Shown here one piece after another: positions 24,664 to 32,000 of a stretch of DNA of 32,000 bases. The stretch's first letter is position 1, and every line of letters begins with the position of its first letter. The translations under genes were made by a program, and so were the position numbers. The notes beneath the pieces were generated by a model. The model searched no databases and had not been told where the DNA came from. It was given only the letters and a program-made list of their open reading frames with translations. The DNA is from Megasphaera elsdenii DSM 20460 (GTDB lineage Bacteria > Bacillota > Negativicutes > Veillonellales > Megasphaeraceae): the NCBI RefSeq assembly GCF_003010495.1, contig NZ_CP027570.1, positions 150,001 through 182,000 on the forward strand. Direction: 5' to 3'.

Positions 24664-25119
24664 TCAATGGAGATTGAGGTTCTTCAAAATATCGCTGATG
24701 ACCAGCAGCCGCGTCCCTTCGTCGTCGATACGGCGGTACAGGGATTCAAAGGTCAAATGGAGGATGACCGCTTCGTTGTTGGTCAGACTGCGCCGTTTGA
24801 GGAGCTGGTACAGCAAGGCATCCAGGTCTTCCATGGAAATGCTGACGGCCGGCAGCCGTTCATGCAAGAGGACCGGTGTGCGGTCTTGCTTCTTCGGCGT
24901 CAATTTGATAATGCGGACGAAGCCGCCGGACCCGCGCCGCGATTCGACCAGATAGCCCTTGTCGTTGGAAAAGCGCGTACTCAGGACATAGCTGATCTGC
25001 GACGGTGCGCATTGCAATTCGTCAGCCAGTTCGTTACGGCGCAATACAATATCAGAATTATCTTCTTCTAGTAATTTATGTAATATGAATTGTTCAATCT
25101 TATCGGCTAACACACTCAT
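24664..25119 (-). CDS. ctsR: CtsR, class III stress gene repressor
   Basis: RRNELADELQCAPSQISYVLSTRF (HTH) and VESRRGSGGFVRI (the CtsR glycine-rich signature). It is the first gene of the ctsR-mcsA-mcsB-clpC operon. Confidence 0.93.
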   Translation of the reverse strand: MSVLADKIEQFILHKLLEEDNSDIVLRRNELADELQCAPSQISYVLSTRFSNDKGYLVESRRGSGGFVRIIKLTPKKQDRTPVLLHERLPAVSISMEDLDALLYQLLKRRSLTNNEAVILHLTFESLYRRIDDEGTRLLVISDILKNLNLH

Positions 25120-25150
25120 CGTAAATCACCCCTCAAAAAACATTTTCCTT

Positions 25151-25199
25151 TTTGACTTTCATACAACTCTATTATATTCGTCTTTTTGACTTTACGCAA
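25151..25199 (-). promoter_or_regulatory. ctsR operon promoter TTGCGT-N17-TATAAT with two AGTCAAA CtsR-type heptads, one in the spacer and one downstream of the -10
   Basis: The minus strand reads TTGCGTAAAGTCAAAAAGACGAATATAATAGAGTTGTATGAAAGTCAAAAAGG. The -35 is at 25194..25199, the -10 at 25171..25176 and the heptads at 25185..25191 and 25151..25157. Confidence 0.65.
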
Positions 25200-25349
25200 G
25201 AGCTCTGCTCTCATTTCCCATCATGCAGGCAAAGAACCTTCCCACATCAGGAGAAACGGGCGTGCCACGTGCACGCTATAGACCTTTATGAGGAACGCTT
25301 TGCACTCCTGGTTGTACGAAATCACATAATAGTGTATTATGAATAGACT

Positions 25350-27110
25350 ATGAACTGTGAGGTGTTCCGTTTGAAACGATTGGGGCCGGGCTCGGTCAGT
25401 TACTATTTTTATCACGAAAAAAAATTTCTGCTCATCGTCACGCTGAGCGGTATCTTATACAATATCGGCATGATTGCCGGTCCCTGGTTCGACGGGCAGC
25501 TGGCCCAATATCTTTACGATATTTTCGGCGGTACCCGGACGGCATCCGATATGTATGCCCTCTGCCTCTGCTACGCCCTGGTCATCGTCGGTGTCCAGGG
25601 AGCCCGCTATGTCAAGCGCCTGTACGTCCGGAAATTCGCCAATAATATCAGCCTGGCCATGAAAGACCGGATCTACCAGCACCTGGTCCAGACACCGAAA
25701 CGGGACATGGAGCAGGCCGATACAGGGGCCTTGATGACCAAGGTCATTTCCGACATCGATACCTGCGTCGAAGGGATGCGCAAATTCACGACGGAAATCT
25801 TCGATACGGGCGTCGTCATGATGACCTACATCGTCATGCTCCTCTGCTATGACTGGCGCCTGACCTTATGCGTCCTCGTCTTCCCGCCCATCGCCTATGC
25901 CCTGGCCAACAGCCTGCGCCGCCTGGTCGCCACGACGGCAGCCCGCAGCAAGGAAAGCAGCGGCGCCCTGTCGGGCATGACCCTGGACCGCATCAGCAAC
26001 GCCCTGACGTACCGCGTCTACGGCGAAGAAGCTGTCCAGGACCGGCGCTATGAAACGTACCTGGCCGACTACGAAAAGAAAATGATTCTGGCCAATCTCT
26101 GGGAAAATACGCTCCAGCCCATTTACAAAGTCATCGCCATGATCGGCACCGTGCTGGTCATCTGGTTCGGCGGCCATAACGTCCAGGGCACGGGCTGGGA
26201 AAATTGGGACATTGCAGCCTTTTCGACGTACCTGGCCTGTTTCATCAAACTGGCGACGAAGTCGTCCCATGCGGCGAAATTGTTCAACGCCATCCAGAAA
26301 GCCCAGGTATCATGGCAGCGCATCCAGCCCCATCTCCAGGCGGCTGCCGAGCTTCGCCAGCCCGTACCGCCAGCGGCGCCGGCGGAATTGACGGTCCGCC
26401 ACCTGTCCTTTACCTATCCCGGCAGCGCCAACCCGATTTTCCGGGACCTGTCCTTTTCCGCCAAGCCCGGCACCCTCATCGGCGTCACCGGGCCCGTGGC
26501 CTGCGGCAAATCGACGCTGGGCCAGGCCTTTCTCTGTGAAAATCCCCACGGCGGCCAGATTTTCTTCGGCACCAAGGAACTGGGCAACGGCCATACGGCA
26601 CCGGACGGCATCGTCGGCTATTGCGGCCACGACGCGGAACTCTTTGCAGCTACCATCGAAGAGAACATCCGCCTCGGCCTGCCTGGCGATATCGGCACTG
26701 TCCTGAAAATGGTCTGCATGGACCAGGACTGCGCCACCTTCCCGGCCGGGACCCAGACGCCTATCGGCGAAGGCGGCCAGCGCTTGTCCGGCGGCCAGCA
26801 GGCCCGCATCGCCCTGGCCCGGACCTTGTTCCATCCGCGGCCGCTCCTCATTCTCGACGACCCTTTCGCCGCCGTCGACATGGCGACGGAACAGATGATT
26901 TTCGACAACCTGCGCCGGCTCGGCAGCGACCGCATCATCCTCCTCTTGTCGCACCGCCTGTCCCTCTTCCCCAAGCTGGACCAGGTCATCTGGCTCAACG
27001 GAGACGGGACAGCCGTCGTCAGCACCCACGAAGGGCTCTACGCCTCGTGCCCGGCCTACCGGGACCTCTACGATTTGCAGCACGCCCAGGGAGGTGCTAT
27101 CCATGAGTAA
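25350..27110 (+). CDS. ABC exporter, fused permease/ATPase subunit 1 (Walker B followed by D instead of the catalytic E)
   Basis: Six-TM-like N-terminal half, Walker A GPVACGKST, signature LSGGQQARIALAR and Walker B LLILDDPF. An alternative start, TTG 25371 (MKRLG...), follows GAGGTG. Confidence 0.88.
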   Translation: MNCEVFRLKRLGPGSVSYYFYHEKKFLLIVTLSGILYNIGMIAGPWFDGQLAQYLYDIFGGTRTASDMYALCLCYALVIVGVQGARYVKRLYVRKFANNISLAMKDRIYQHLVQTPKRDMEQADTGALMTKVISDIDTCVEGMRKFTTEIFDTGVVMMTYIVMLLCYDWRLTLCVLVFPPIAYALANSLRRLVATTAARSKESSGALSGMTLDRISNALTYRVYGEEAVQDRRYETYLADYEKKMILANLWENTLQPIYKVIAMIGTVLVIWFGGHNVQGTGWENWDIAAFSTYLACFIKLATKSSHAAKLFNAIQKAQVSWQRIQPHLQAAAELRQPVPPAAPAELTVRHLSFTYPGSANPIFRDLSFSAKPGTLIGVTGPVACGKSTLGQAFLCENPHGGQIFFGTKELGNGHTAPDGIVGYCGHDAELFAATIEENIRLGLPGDIGTVLKMVCMDQDCATFPAGTQTPIGEGGQRLSGGQQARIALARTLFHPRPLLILDDPFAAVDMATEQMIFDNLRRLGSDRIILLLSHRLSLFPKLDQVIWLNGDGTAVVSTHEGLYASCPAYRDLYDLQHAQGGAIHE

Positions 27111-28737
27111 CGTCATCTGGCAGACCTTGCGGCAGAACGGATGGCTCCTAGTGTTCCTGATACTGGCCATTGCCGTCTCTATCGCCGTGAGCGTCACGCC
27201 GCCCCTCATCTTGCAATACATCGTCGACAGCCTGGTCAGCGGCTCGTTCAGCACCTATTCCCTGCTGACGGCAGGCCTCCTCTATTTCGCCCTCAATGCC
27301 GGCAGCGGCCTCGTCGACGCTTTGAAGGAAACACTGATTACCGTCTTCGGTCAGAAAATCACGCACGGCCTACGTTCGGCCATGTGCCAGCGCCTCGGCG
27401 ACTTGCCGGCATCTTATTTCGTCGGCCACGAAGCCGGCGCCGTCACGTCGCTCTTCGTCAACGACGTCGACACGTTGGAGAACCTCTTCGATTCCGGCGT
27501 CGTCAGCATGATTGCCGATGCCTTCACCATTTTCAGCATCCTCGCCGTCGTCTTCCACCTGAGCACGGGCCTGGGCATCCTGCTCTGTATCAGCCTGCCC
27601 CTGCTCTTTCTCCTGACTCGCTATTTCCAGAAGCGCATGCTCCAGGCCCAGCGGGATAATCGTATCGCCGTCGGCCGGACGAACGAGCTCATTCCGGAAA
27701 CGGTCCGCAATATCCGCACGATCCACACGTGCCAGCAGGAAAATTATCTGCGCCAGCGCTACGGCCGGACCATCCGGGCCAGCTTCGACGCCATGGAGCG
27801 GAGTAATTTCTGCGATTCCATCTATTCGCCCCTCATCATCGCCAGCTGTACCCTTATCATCTGCGTCATGATGACCTTATCTGTCAGCAGTCCGTCCCTG
27901 CAGGAGCTCTTCGGCATGACCGTCGGCAGCGTCGTCGCCCTCATCGCTTACGTGCGCCGCATCTTTTCGCCCTTAGAGAGCATCGGCATGGAAATCCAGA
28001 ACATCCAGTCTGCCATCGCCGGCATCGGCCGCCTGAAGGACTTCTTTGCCGAACCCGTCCAGGCCCAAGGGCAGTGTACCGCCCTCGACAAGGCCGCAGC
28101 CCCGCTGGTCATCGACGACGTCACGTTCGGCTACGACCGGGAAAAAGCCATTCTCCACCACGTCTCGCTCACGGTCAAAGCCGGGGAAATGGTCACCATC
28201 ACCGGCCGCACCGGTGCCGGCAAGAGCACCCTCTTCAAGCTCATCCTCGGCCTCTACCGGCCCCGGCAGGGCCAGGTCCGCATCTTCGGCTGCGACCCGT
28301 CCCAGCTGGCAGCCCCTTTGCGGCGTCAAGTCTTCGGCTACGTTGAACAGCAGTTCCACGCCATCCGTGGCACCGTCGCCGACCAGCTCAGCCTCAAAGA
28401 CGAACGAGTCACGAGGGACGCCATGGAAAAAGCCCTGCGCCTCGTCGGCCTGTGGGAAACATGCTGCGCCCTGCCTCAGGGCCTGGACACGCCCTTCCGG
28501 CCGGAACTCTTCTCCCGCGGCCAAAGCCAGCTCCTGTCCATCGCCCGGGCCATCGTCATGGACCCGCAAATCCTCTTGTTCGATGAAATCACGGCCAACC
28601 TCGATTCTCTCACAGAAACCCAGGTCCTCCAGGCCCTGCAGGCTGCGGCCCAGGACCGGACCGTCCTCTCCATCTCTCATCGCCTCTACGAAGCCCGCGG
28701 CGGCCGCCGCGTCGTCATCGGAGAAACGGAATCGTAG
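27103..28737 (+). CDS. ABC exporter, fused permease/ATPase subunit 2 (degenerate signature motif)
   Basis: Walker A GRTGAGKST, signature position FSRGQSQLLSIAR and Walker B ILLFDEIT. The ATG overlaps the stop of subunit 1 region (CCATGAGTAA) after GGAGGTG. Confidence 0.88.
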   Translation: MSNVIWQTLRQNGWLLVFLILAIAVSIAVSVTPPLILQYIVDSLVSGSFSTYSLLTAGLLYFALNAGSGLVDALKETLITVFGQKITHGLRSAMCQRLGDLPASYFVGHEAGAVTSLFVNDVDTLENLFDSGVVSMIADAFTIFSILAVVFHLSTGLGILLCISLPLLFLLTRYFQKRMLQAQRDNRIAVGRTNELIPETVRNIRTIHTCQQENYLRQRYGRTIRASFDAMERSNFCDSIYSPLIIASCTLIICVMMTLSVSSPSLQELFGMTVGSVVALIAYVRRIFSPLESIGMEIQNIQSAIAGIGRLKDFFAEPVQAQGQCTALDKAAAPLVIDDVTFGYDREKAILHHVSLTVKAGEMVTITGRTGAGKSTLFKLILGLYRPRQGQVRIFGCDPSQLAAPLRRQVFGYVEQQFHAIRGTVADQLSLKDERVTRDAMEKALRLVGLWETCCALPQGLDTPFRPELFSRGQSQLLSIARAIVMDPQILLFDEITANLDSLTETQVLQALQAAAQDRTVLSISHRLYEARGGRRVVIGETES

Positions 28738-28749
28738 GTCGTTCGTCAT

Positions 28750-28786
28750 AAAAAAAAGGCTTGTCGCACGACGACAAGCCCTTTTT
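28750..28786. terminator. Bidirectional intrinsic terminator (A8-GGCTTGTCG-loop-CGACAAGCC-CT5) between convergent ABC and virK-like genes
   Basis: 9-bp stem with a 5-nt loop, an A-run on the 5' side and a T-run on the 3' side. Confidence 0.85.
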
Positions 28787-28862
28787 GAGTTTGAAGTTTG
28801 AAGTTAAAGCGGCATCTAAGTCCGAAGCGGCCGGCGAACTGCGGCCGGCGAAGCACCAGTCA

Positions 28863-29864
28863 CTATTTCACCGGTGCTTCGATGGGATCGTAATCAGCCG
28901 GTTTGTCCGTAATGGCTGCTTCGTCGATGGCCGACGGGACCGGGTCGAAGCCCTGGCGGAAGAGGGCCTTGATGGCTGCGATATACGGCGGGACGATGGT
29001 GTCCATGAGGAGATAGCGCTTGCGGAAGAGGTTGCGCTTCTGCGACTTGATTTCGCCATATTTACGCCGCTTCTCTTCGATGGGCAGGCGGAAATACCAT
29101 TTTTCCTTCGCATCGGGACCGGCGCCTTCGCCAAGCCAGAAGTCGTTGAAATTCGTCTTCTTCGAGCGATTGCCGCGCAGCATGTGACTGTTGGTATAGA
29201 AGCCTTCGTCAGTGATAACGTACATATCGTGGATTCCCAGGGTCTGAACGAAGATACGCATCAAATAGAGGATGAAGTTCTTCGGCCGGTAGCCAAAGAG
29301 CTTCTTGGTCAGGACTTTCGTCGTTTCCAGGCCGTGCTTCGATCCCTGGATAGTGCCGATATACATGGACGGTGTCCCGTCGGCATTGTAGTCGAAGCGG
29401 AAATTGAAGTGATAGATCATCTGGCCTTCGTGATAGAGGTACAGCGACAGGAAGCCCTCCTTGCGCTGGCCCGTATCGAAGATGAGCCGTGCTTCCAAGG
29501 GCAGCGATTCATCGGGCGAGGTCCACAGGGTATAGCCTTTCCCCCAGTAGAGTTCGTGGATGACGTCGTCGGAAAAGAAGGTCCGCAAAATGGTGAAATG
29601 GTGTTTCAACGCATCCAGGCGCTGGCGCATGGTCGAATCCTTGAACAAGAAGACGCGGGTCATGACTTCCTGGAAATCCGGGTCGTGCTGGTCGAAGAAA
29701 CCCTTCATCGGTTCGTAATGGTCGAAGAAATCGTAAAGTTCTTCAAATAAGGCCCGGTTGGACACGGCACGGGCAAAAAAAACGACAGCCCGCTTGTTTT
29801 CCTGGAAATTCCGGGGACCGTATATGAGGCGCGATAAGTGCCAGAAATAGGAAATGCTGTGCAT
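28863..29864 (-). CDS. VirK/YbjX family protein (DUF535)
   Basis: IGTIQGSKHG...TKKLFGYRPKNFILYLM...NFNDFWLGEGAG...SQKRNLFRKRYLLMD follows the pattern I recall for E. coli YbjX. The start is set at ATG 29864 (MHSISYFW), 6 nt after AGGAGG. Confidence 0.72.
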   Translation of the reverse strand: MHSISYFWHLSRLIYGPRNFQENKRAVVFFARAVSNRALFEELYDFFDHYEPMKGFFDQHDPDFQEVMTRVFLFKDSTMRQRLDALKHHFTILRTFFSDDVIHELYWGKGYTLWTSPDESLPLEARLIFDTGQRKEGFLSLYLYHEGQMIYHFNFRFDYNADGTPSMYIGTIQGSKHGLETTKVLTKKLFGYRPKNFILYLMRIFVQTLGIHDMYVITDEGFYTNSHMLRGNRSKKTNFNDFWLGEGAGPDAKEKWYFRLPIEEKRRKYGEIKSQKRNLFRKRYLLMDTIVPPYIAAIKALFRQGFDPVPSAIDEAAITDKPADYDPIEAPVK

Positions 29865-29900
29865 GAAATTCCTCCTATCAAGTACAAAGCTAATAGTACT

Positions 29901-29930
29901 ATTATACGGGCAAGGCAAGCAGGCTGTCAA
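29901..29930 (-). promoter_or_regulatory. Near-consensus sigma-A promoter TTGACA-N18-TATAAT for the virK-like gene
   Basis: The minus strand reads TTGACAGCCTGCTTGCCTTGCCCGTATAAT. The -10 ends 36 nt before the ATG. Confidence 0.6.
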
Positions 29931-29938
29931 TGTGGAGT

Positions 29939-29973
29939 TCGTGGCTAGTGGCTAGTGGTTCGTGGCTATGGGC
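29939..29973. repeat. Five tandem heptads TCGTGGC TAGTGGC TAGTGGT TCGTGGC TATGGGC, starting 8 nt upstream of the -35 of the virK-like promoter
   Basis: Read from the sequence. A 24-nt inverted relative (one heptad shorter) is at 18815..18838. Confidence 0.8.
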
Positions 29974-29979
29974 GAATCG

Positions 29980-31008
29980 CTATAATTTCCGTACGATGTT
30001 CGCCGGGACGTGGGCCAAGTCGTGGGTGCCCGTGATCATCATGGCATCCATGAGCTGGCGTTTGAGCGTATCCAAGAGGAGTTTGACCCCTTCCGCTCCT
30101 CCGCCGACAGCCGCGACGGCAGCTGGCCGGCCGATGAGGACGGCGTCGGCGCCGAGGGCCAGCATCTTGAGGATGTCTTCACCGTGACGGACGCCGCCGT
30201 CGACGAAGATCGTGATCCGCCCTTTGACAGCAGCGGCGATGTCGGGCAGGACATCGGCAGTCCCGGCCATGCCGTCGAGGACGCGGCCGCCGTGGTTGCT
30301 GACGACGATGCCCTTAGCACCGGCTTCGGCACAGGCAACGGCTTCTTCGGCCGACATGACGCCTTTGACGATGAAGGGCAACTGGATAGCCTGTACAATC
30401 TCAGCAATGTCACTGGCGCTCTTCGGGCCTACGGGCTGGCCAAAGATGCGCATGTTGATCAACGTCGCCGCATCGATGTCGCTGGCAACGGCAAAAGCGC
30501 CGGCTTCTTCGGCCTGATGGGCCTTCTCGATGATTTGGTCGTTGCTGCGGGGCTTGATAGTCGGAATGACGATGCCCGGCCGTTTCTGACAAGACGCAAT
30601 CCCCGAAGCATACATGTAAGGCGCACCGCTGTCACCAGTAAAGCAGAGGGTCCCTGCTTCCAGGGCCGCCTGGGTGACAGCTTCGTCGTATGCCTGTTCC
30701 ACTTCCGCCGGGTCGCCGTCGACTTTGGCATTGAGTACGATACCACCGACAGGCGCCAGGAGGACCGGCATGCTCAGCGTCTTGCCGAGGATCGTCACAG
30801 TCGTATCCGGGTCGTCGACACCGGACATGCTGCGCATGACCAGGCCGTATTCCTGGAGGGCTTCGACGTTACGCATGAAAGACCGGCCCGTGCGCAGGCC
30901 GCCGAATCCAGGAATCATGCCGATGCAGGCCTTGCCATTGCACTGGGGACAGACATGGCAGCCCTTCATTTTTTCACGAGCTTTGTTCCTTACTTCCTGT
31001 AAATCCAT
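29980..31008 (-). CDS. FMN-dependent alpha-hydroxyacid dehydrogenase/oxidase family protein (TIM barrel) with N-terminal CxxCxxCxxxxC motif
   Basis: VVSNHGGRVLDG and FVDGGVRHGEDILKMLALGADAVLIGRP are FMN_dh-type motifs. The N-terminus carries CHVCPQCNGKAC. The start ATG 31008 follows AGGAAGTGA. Confidence 0.8.
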   Translation of the reverse strand: MDLQEVRNKAREKMKGCHVCPQCNGKACIGMIPGFGGLRTGRSFMRNVEALQEYGLVMRSMSGVDDPDTTVTILGKTLSMPVLLAPVGGIVLNAKVDGDPAEVEQAYDEAVTQAALEAGTLCFTGDSGAPYMYASGIASCQKRPGIVIPTIKPRSNDQIIEKAHQAEEAGAFAVASDIDAATLINMRIFGQPVGPKSASDIAEIVQAIQLPFIVKGVMSAEEAVACAEAGAKGIVVSNHGGRVLDGMAGTADVLPDIAAAVKGRITIFVDGGVRHGEDILKMLALGADAVLIGRPAAVAAVGGGAEGVKLLLDTLKRQLMDAMMITGTHDLAHVPANIVRKL

Positions 31009-31020
31009 GAGAATCACTTC

Positions 31021-31842
31021 CTAAATGAAAATTTTATTGTCAGCACGGCCGTTGTAGGTCGTCTCTAACATCTTGACATGGGATAAAAAGGCCGGGTCAT
31101 CGAAATACTTGGCCCCTTTGGGACAGTTGCGCACGCAGCGCTGGCACTTGATGCAGATGCCCGTGACGACCGACGGTTGATCCAGGTCGATGGACCCCAT
31201 AGGGCACTGGCGGGCGCAGAGGCCGCAGGATACGCATTTTTCCAAATCCGTCTTGGGCTTGGCCTTGAGGAACTTGGCCGGCTGGCCGTCGACGCCCTTA
31301 GGAACGTAATACGGCGCCTGAGCATCGCCGTCGACGACGAGATGCGGTACCATGCCATCGGTCTGACGGATTTTCGATACGGCCAGATCCGTCAGGCGGA
31401 CCATGAGGGCCAAATCGTCCTCATCGGGCCGATTGGGCGCCAGGGCGTCGGAAAAAGCGTGGGTCCCGACGAAAGCACCAGCCGCAACGGTGCGGAAGCC
31501 GTTGCCGTCGAGGGTCGCACAGAGTTCGGCCAGGGCGTTGTCGAAAGACCGGTTGCCATAAGTCACGACAGCCAGGGCCAGGGCCCCTTTGCCGATGAGT
31601 TTTTCCTGATACGTCGGCAAAATCTTATTGGGCAATTTCCCGGCATACGTCGGACCGCCGACGATGACCAGGTCGCCTGCCGAAAAAGTACGGACCCTTT
31701 CGCGTTCTTCCGGCAAATCCAGGGAAATGGCCCGGCACGATACCTGAAAGAGCCGCGCCGCTTCGGAAGCAGCCTGACAGACGAGGCGTTTCGTATTGCC
31801 TGTCGGGCTAAAATAGACAGCATACACATGTTGGATGTTCAT
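31021..31842 (-). CDS. Flavodoxin-like domain fused to a 2x[4Fe-4S] ferredoxin domain (EFR1-like ferredoxin)
   Basis: N-terminal VYFSPTGNTKR (flavodoxin-like) plus CVSCGLCARQCP and CIKCQRCVRNCP. The start ATG 31842 follows GAGGTG. Confidence 0.8.
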   Translation of the reverse strand: MNIQHVYAVYFSPTGNTKRLVCQAASEAARLFQVSCRAISLDLPEERERVRTFSAGDLVIVGGPTYAGKLPNKILPTYQEKLIGKGALALAVVTYGNRSFDNALAELCATLDGNGFRTVAAGAFVGTHAFSDALAPNRPDEDDLALMVRLTDLAVSKIRQTDGMVPHLVVDGDAQAPYYVPKGVDGQPAKFLKAKPKTDLEKCVSCGLCARQCPMGSIDLDQPSVVTGICIKCQRCVRNCPKGAKYFDDPAFLSHVKMLETTYNGRADNKIFI

Positions 31843-31906
31843 AAAAATCACCTCAGTTACACAAAACCCGATGCATCCTTCCTTTTCCTTATTATATACC
31901 TAAAAA

Positions 31907-31944
31907 GGACTGTCGCACAAAGTTTTTTACGCTCTGCGAAGTCC
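31907..31944 (-). terminator. Imperfect stem-loop (GGACT-G-TCGCA / TGCGA-AGTCC, 17-nt loop) with flanking A/T runs; probably the terminator of a minus-strand gene beyond the right window edge
   Basis: On the minus strand it is followed by TTTTT and preceded by TTCAAAC heptads, like the terminators at 19.2 and 28.8 kb. It overlaps a candidate TTGTGC-N18-TATAAT promoter (31891..31920) for the flavodoxin-ferredoxin gene. Confidence 0.45.
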
Positions 31945-32000
31945 TTGTTTGAAGTTTGATGTTCCTTCCGCTTTTATGTTAGAATACAGTATGATTTTTA

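Noticed and set aside
28806-28862. Direct repeat GCGGCCGGCGAA x2 downstream of the virK-like stop
   Set aside because: It is short, GC-rich and palindromic (CGGCCG). It probably just forms part of a 3' stem structure, and there is no further support.
1-32000. Transposase, integrase, toxin-antitoxin or other defence systems beyond CRISPR-Cas
   Set aside because: Every ORF over 100 aa on a credible strand could be assigned to a known family listed above. No recombinase-like or unassigned multi-gene cluster remained.

Overview
The backbone is GC-rich and looks like a Firmicutes chromosome. It carries the classic ctsR-mcsA-mcsB-clpC-radA stress operon. A VirK/YbjX (DUF535) gene hints at a diderm Negativicutes host such as Megasphaera or Veillonellaceae, but that is inference only. 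Embedded in the backbone is a visibly AT-rich segment of about 15.6 kb. It holds a complete type III-A CRISPR-Cas locus on the minus strand: cas1-cas2-cas10-csm2-csm3-csm4-csm5-cas6-csm6. Two same-orientation CRISPR arrays flank the locus. Array 1 (1947..4473) has 35 repeats and 34 spacers; array 2 (14175..14504) has 5 repeats and 4 spacers. Each array is preceded by a near-identical copy of a leader of about 282 nt. The segment also carries a 3' remnant of queH, an hxlR regulator divergent from an Old-Yellow-Enzyme-type flavin reductase, and a truncated alpha/beta-hydrolase. It is bracketed by direct copies (over 1.15 kb) of a MalY/PatB-type PLP C-S lyase gene: 1..1156 (partial at the window edge) and 16725..17930. 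I saw no integrase or transposase. To the right lie a signal-peptide protein built of 11-residue FPD repeats with a +1 frame break, and a repeat-rich intergenic tract (57-58 nt tandem units running into about 13 copies of the heptamer TGCTAAC). After these come the ctsR-radA operon, a heterodimeric ABC exporter pair, virK/ybjX-like, an FMN-dependent alpha-hydroxyacid dehydrogenase-like gene and a flavodoxin/2x[4Fe-4S] fusion gene. I did not find an unrecognisable multi-gene system. The cas genes are canonical, and what is unusual is architecture: the duplicated leaders, an array fused to the cas1 RBS, island junctions and species-specific heptad repeats. No tRNA or rRNA was recognised. All coordinates and motifs were read by eye, and no database search was possible.
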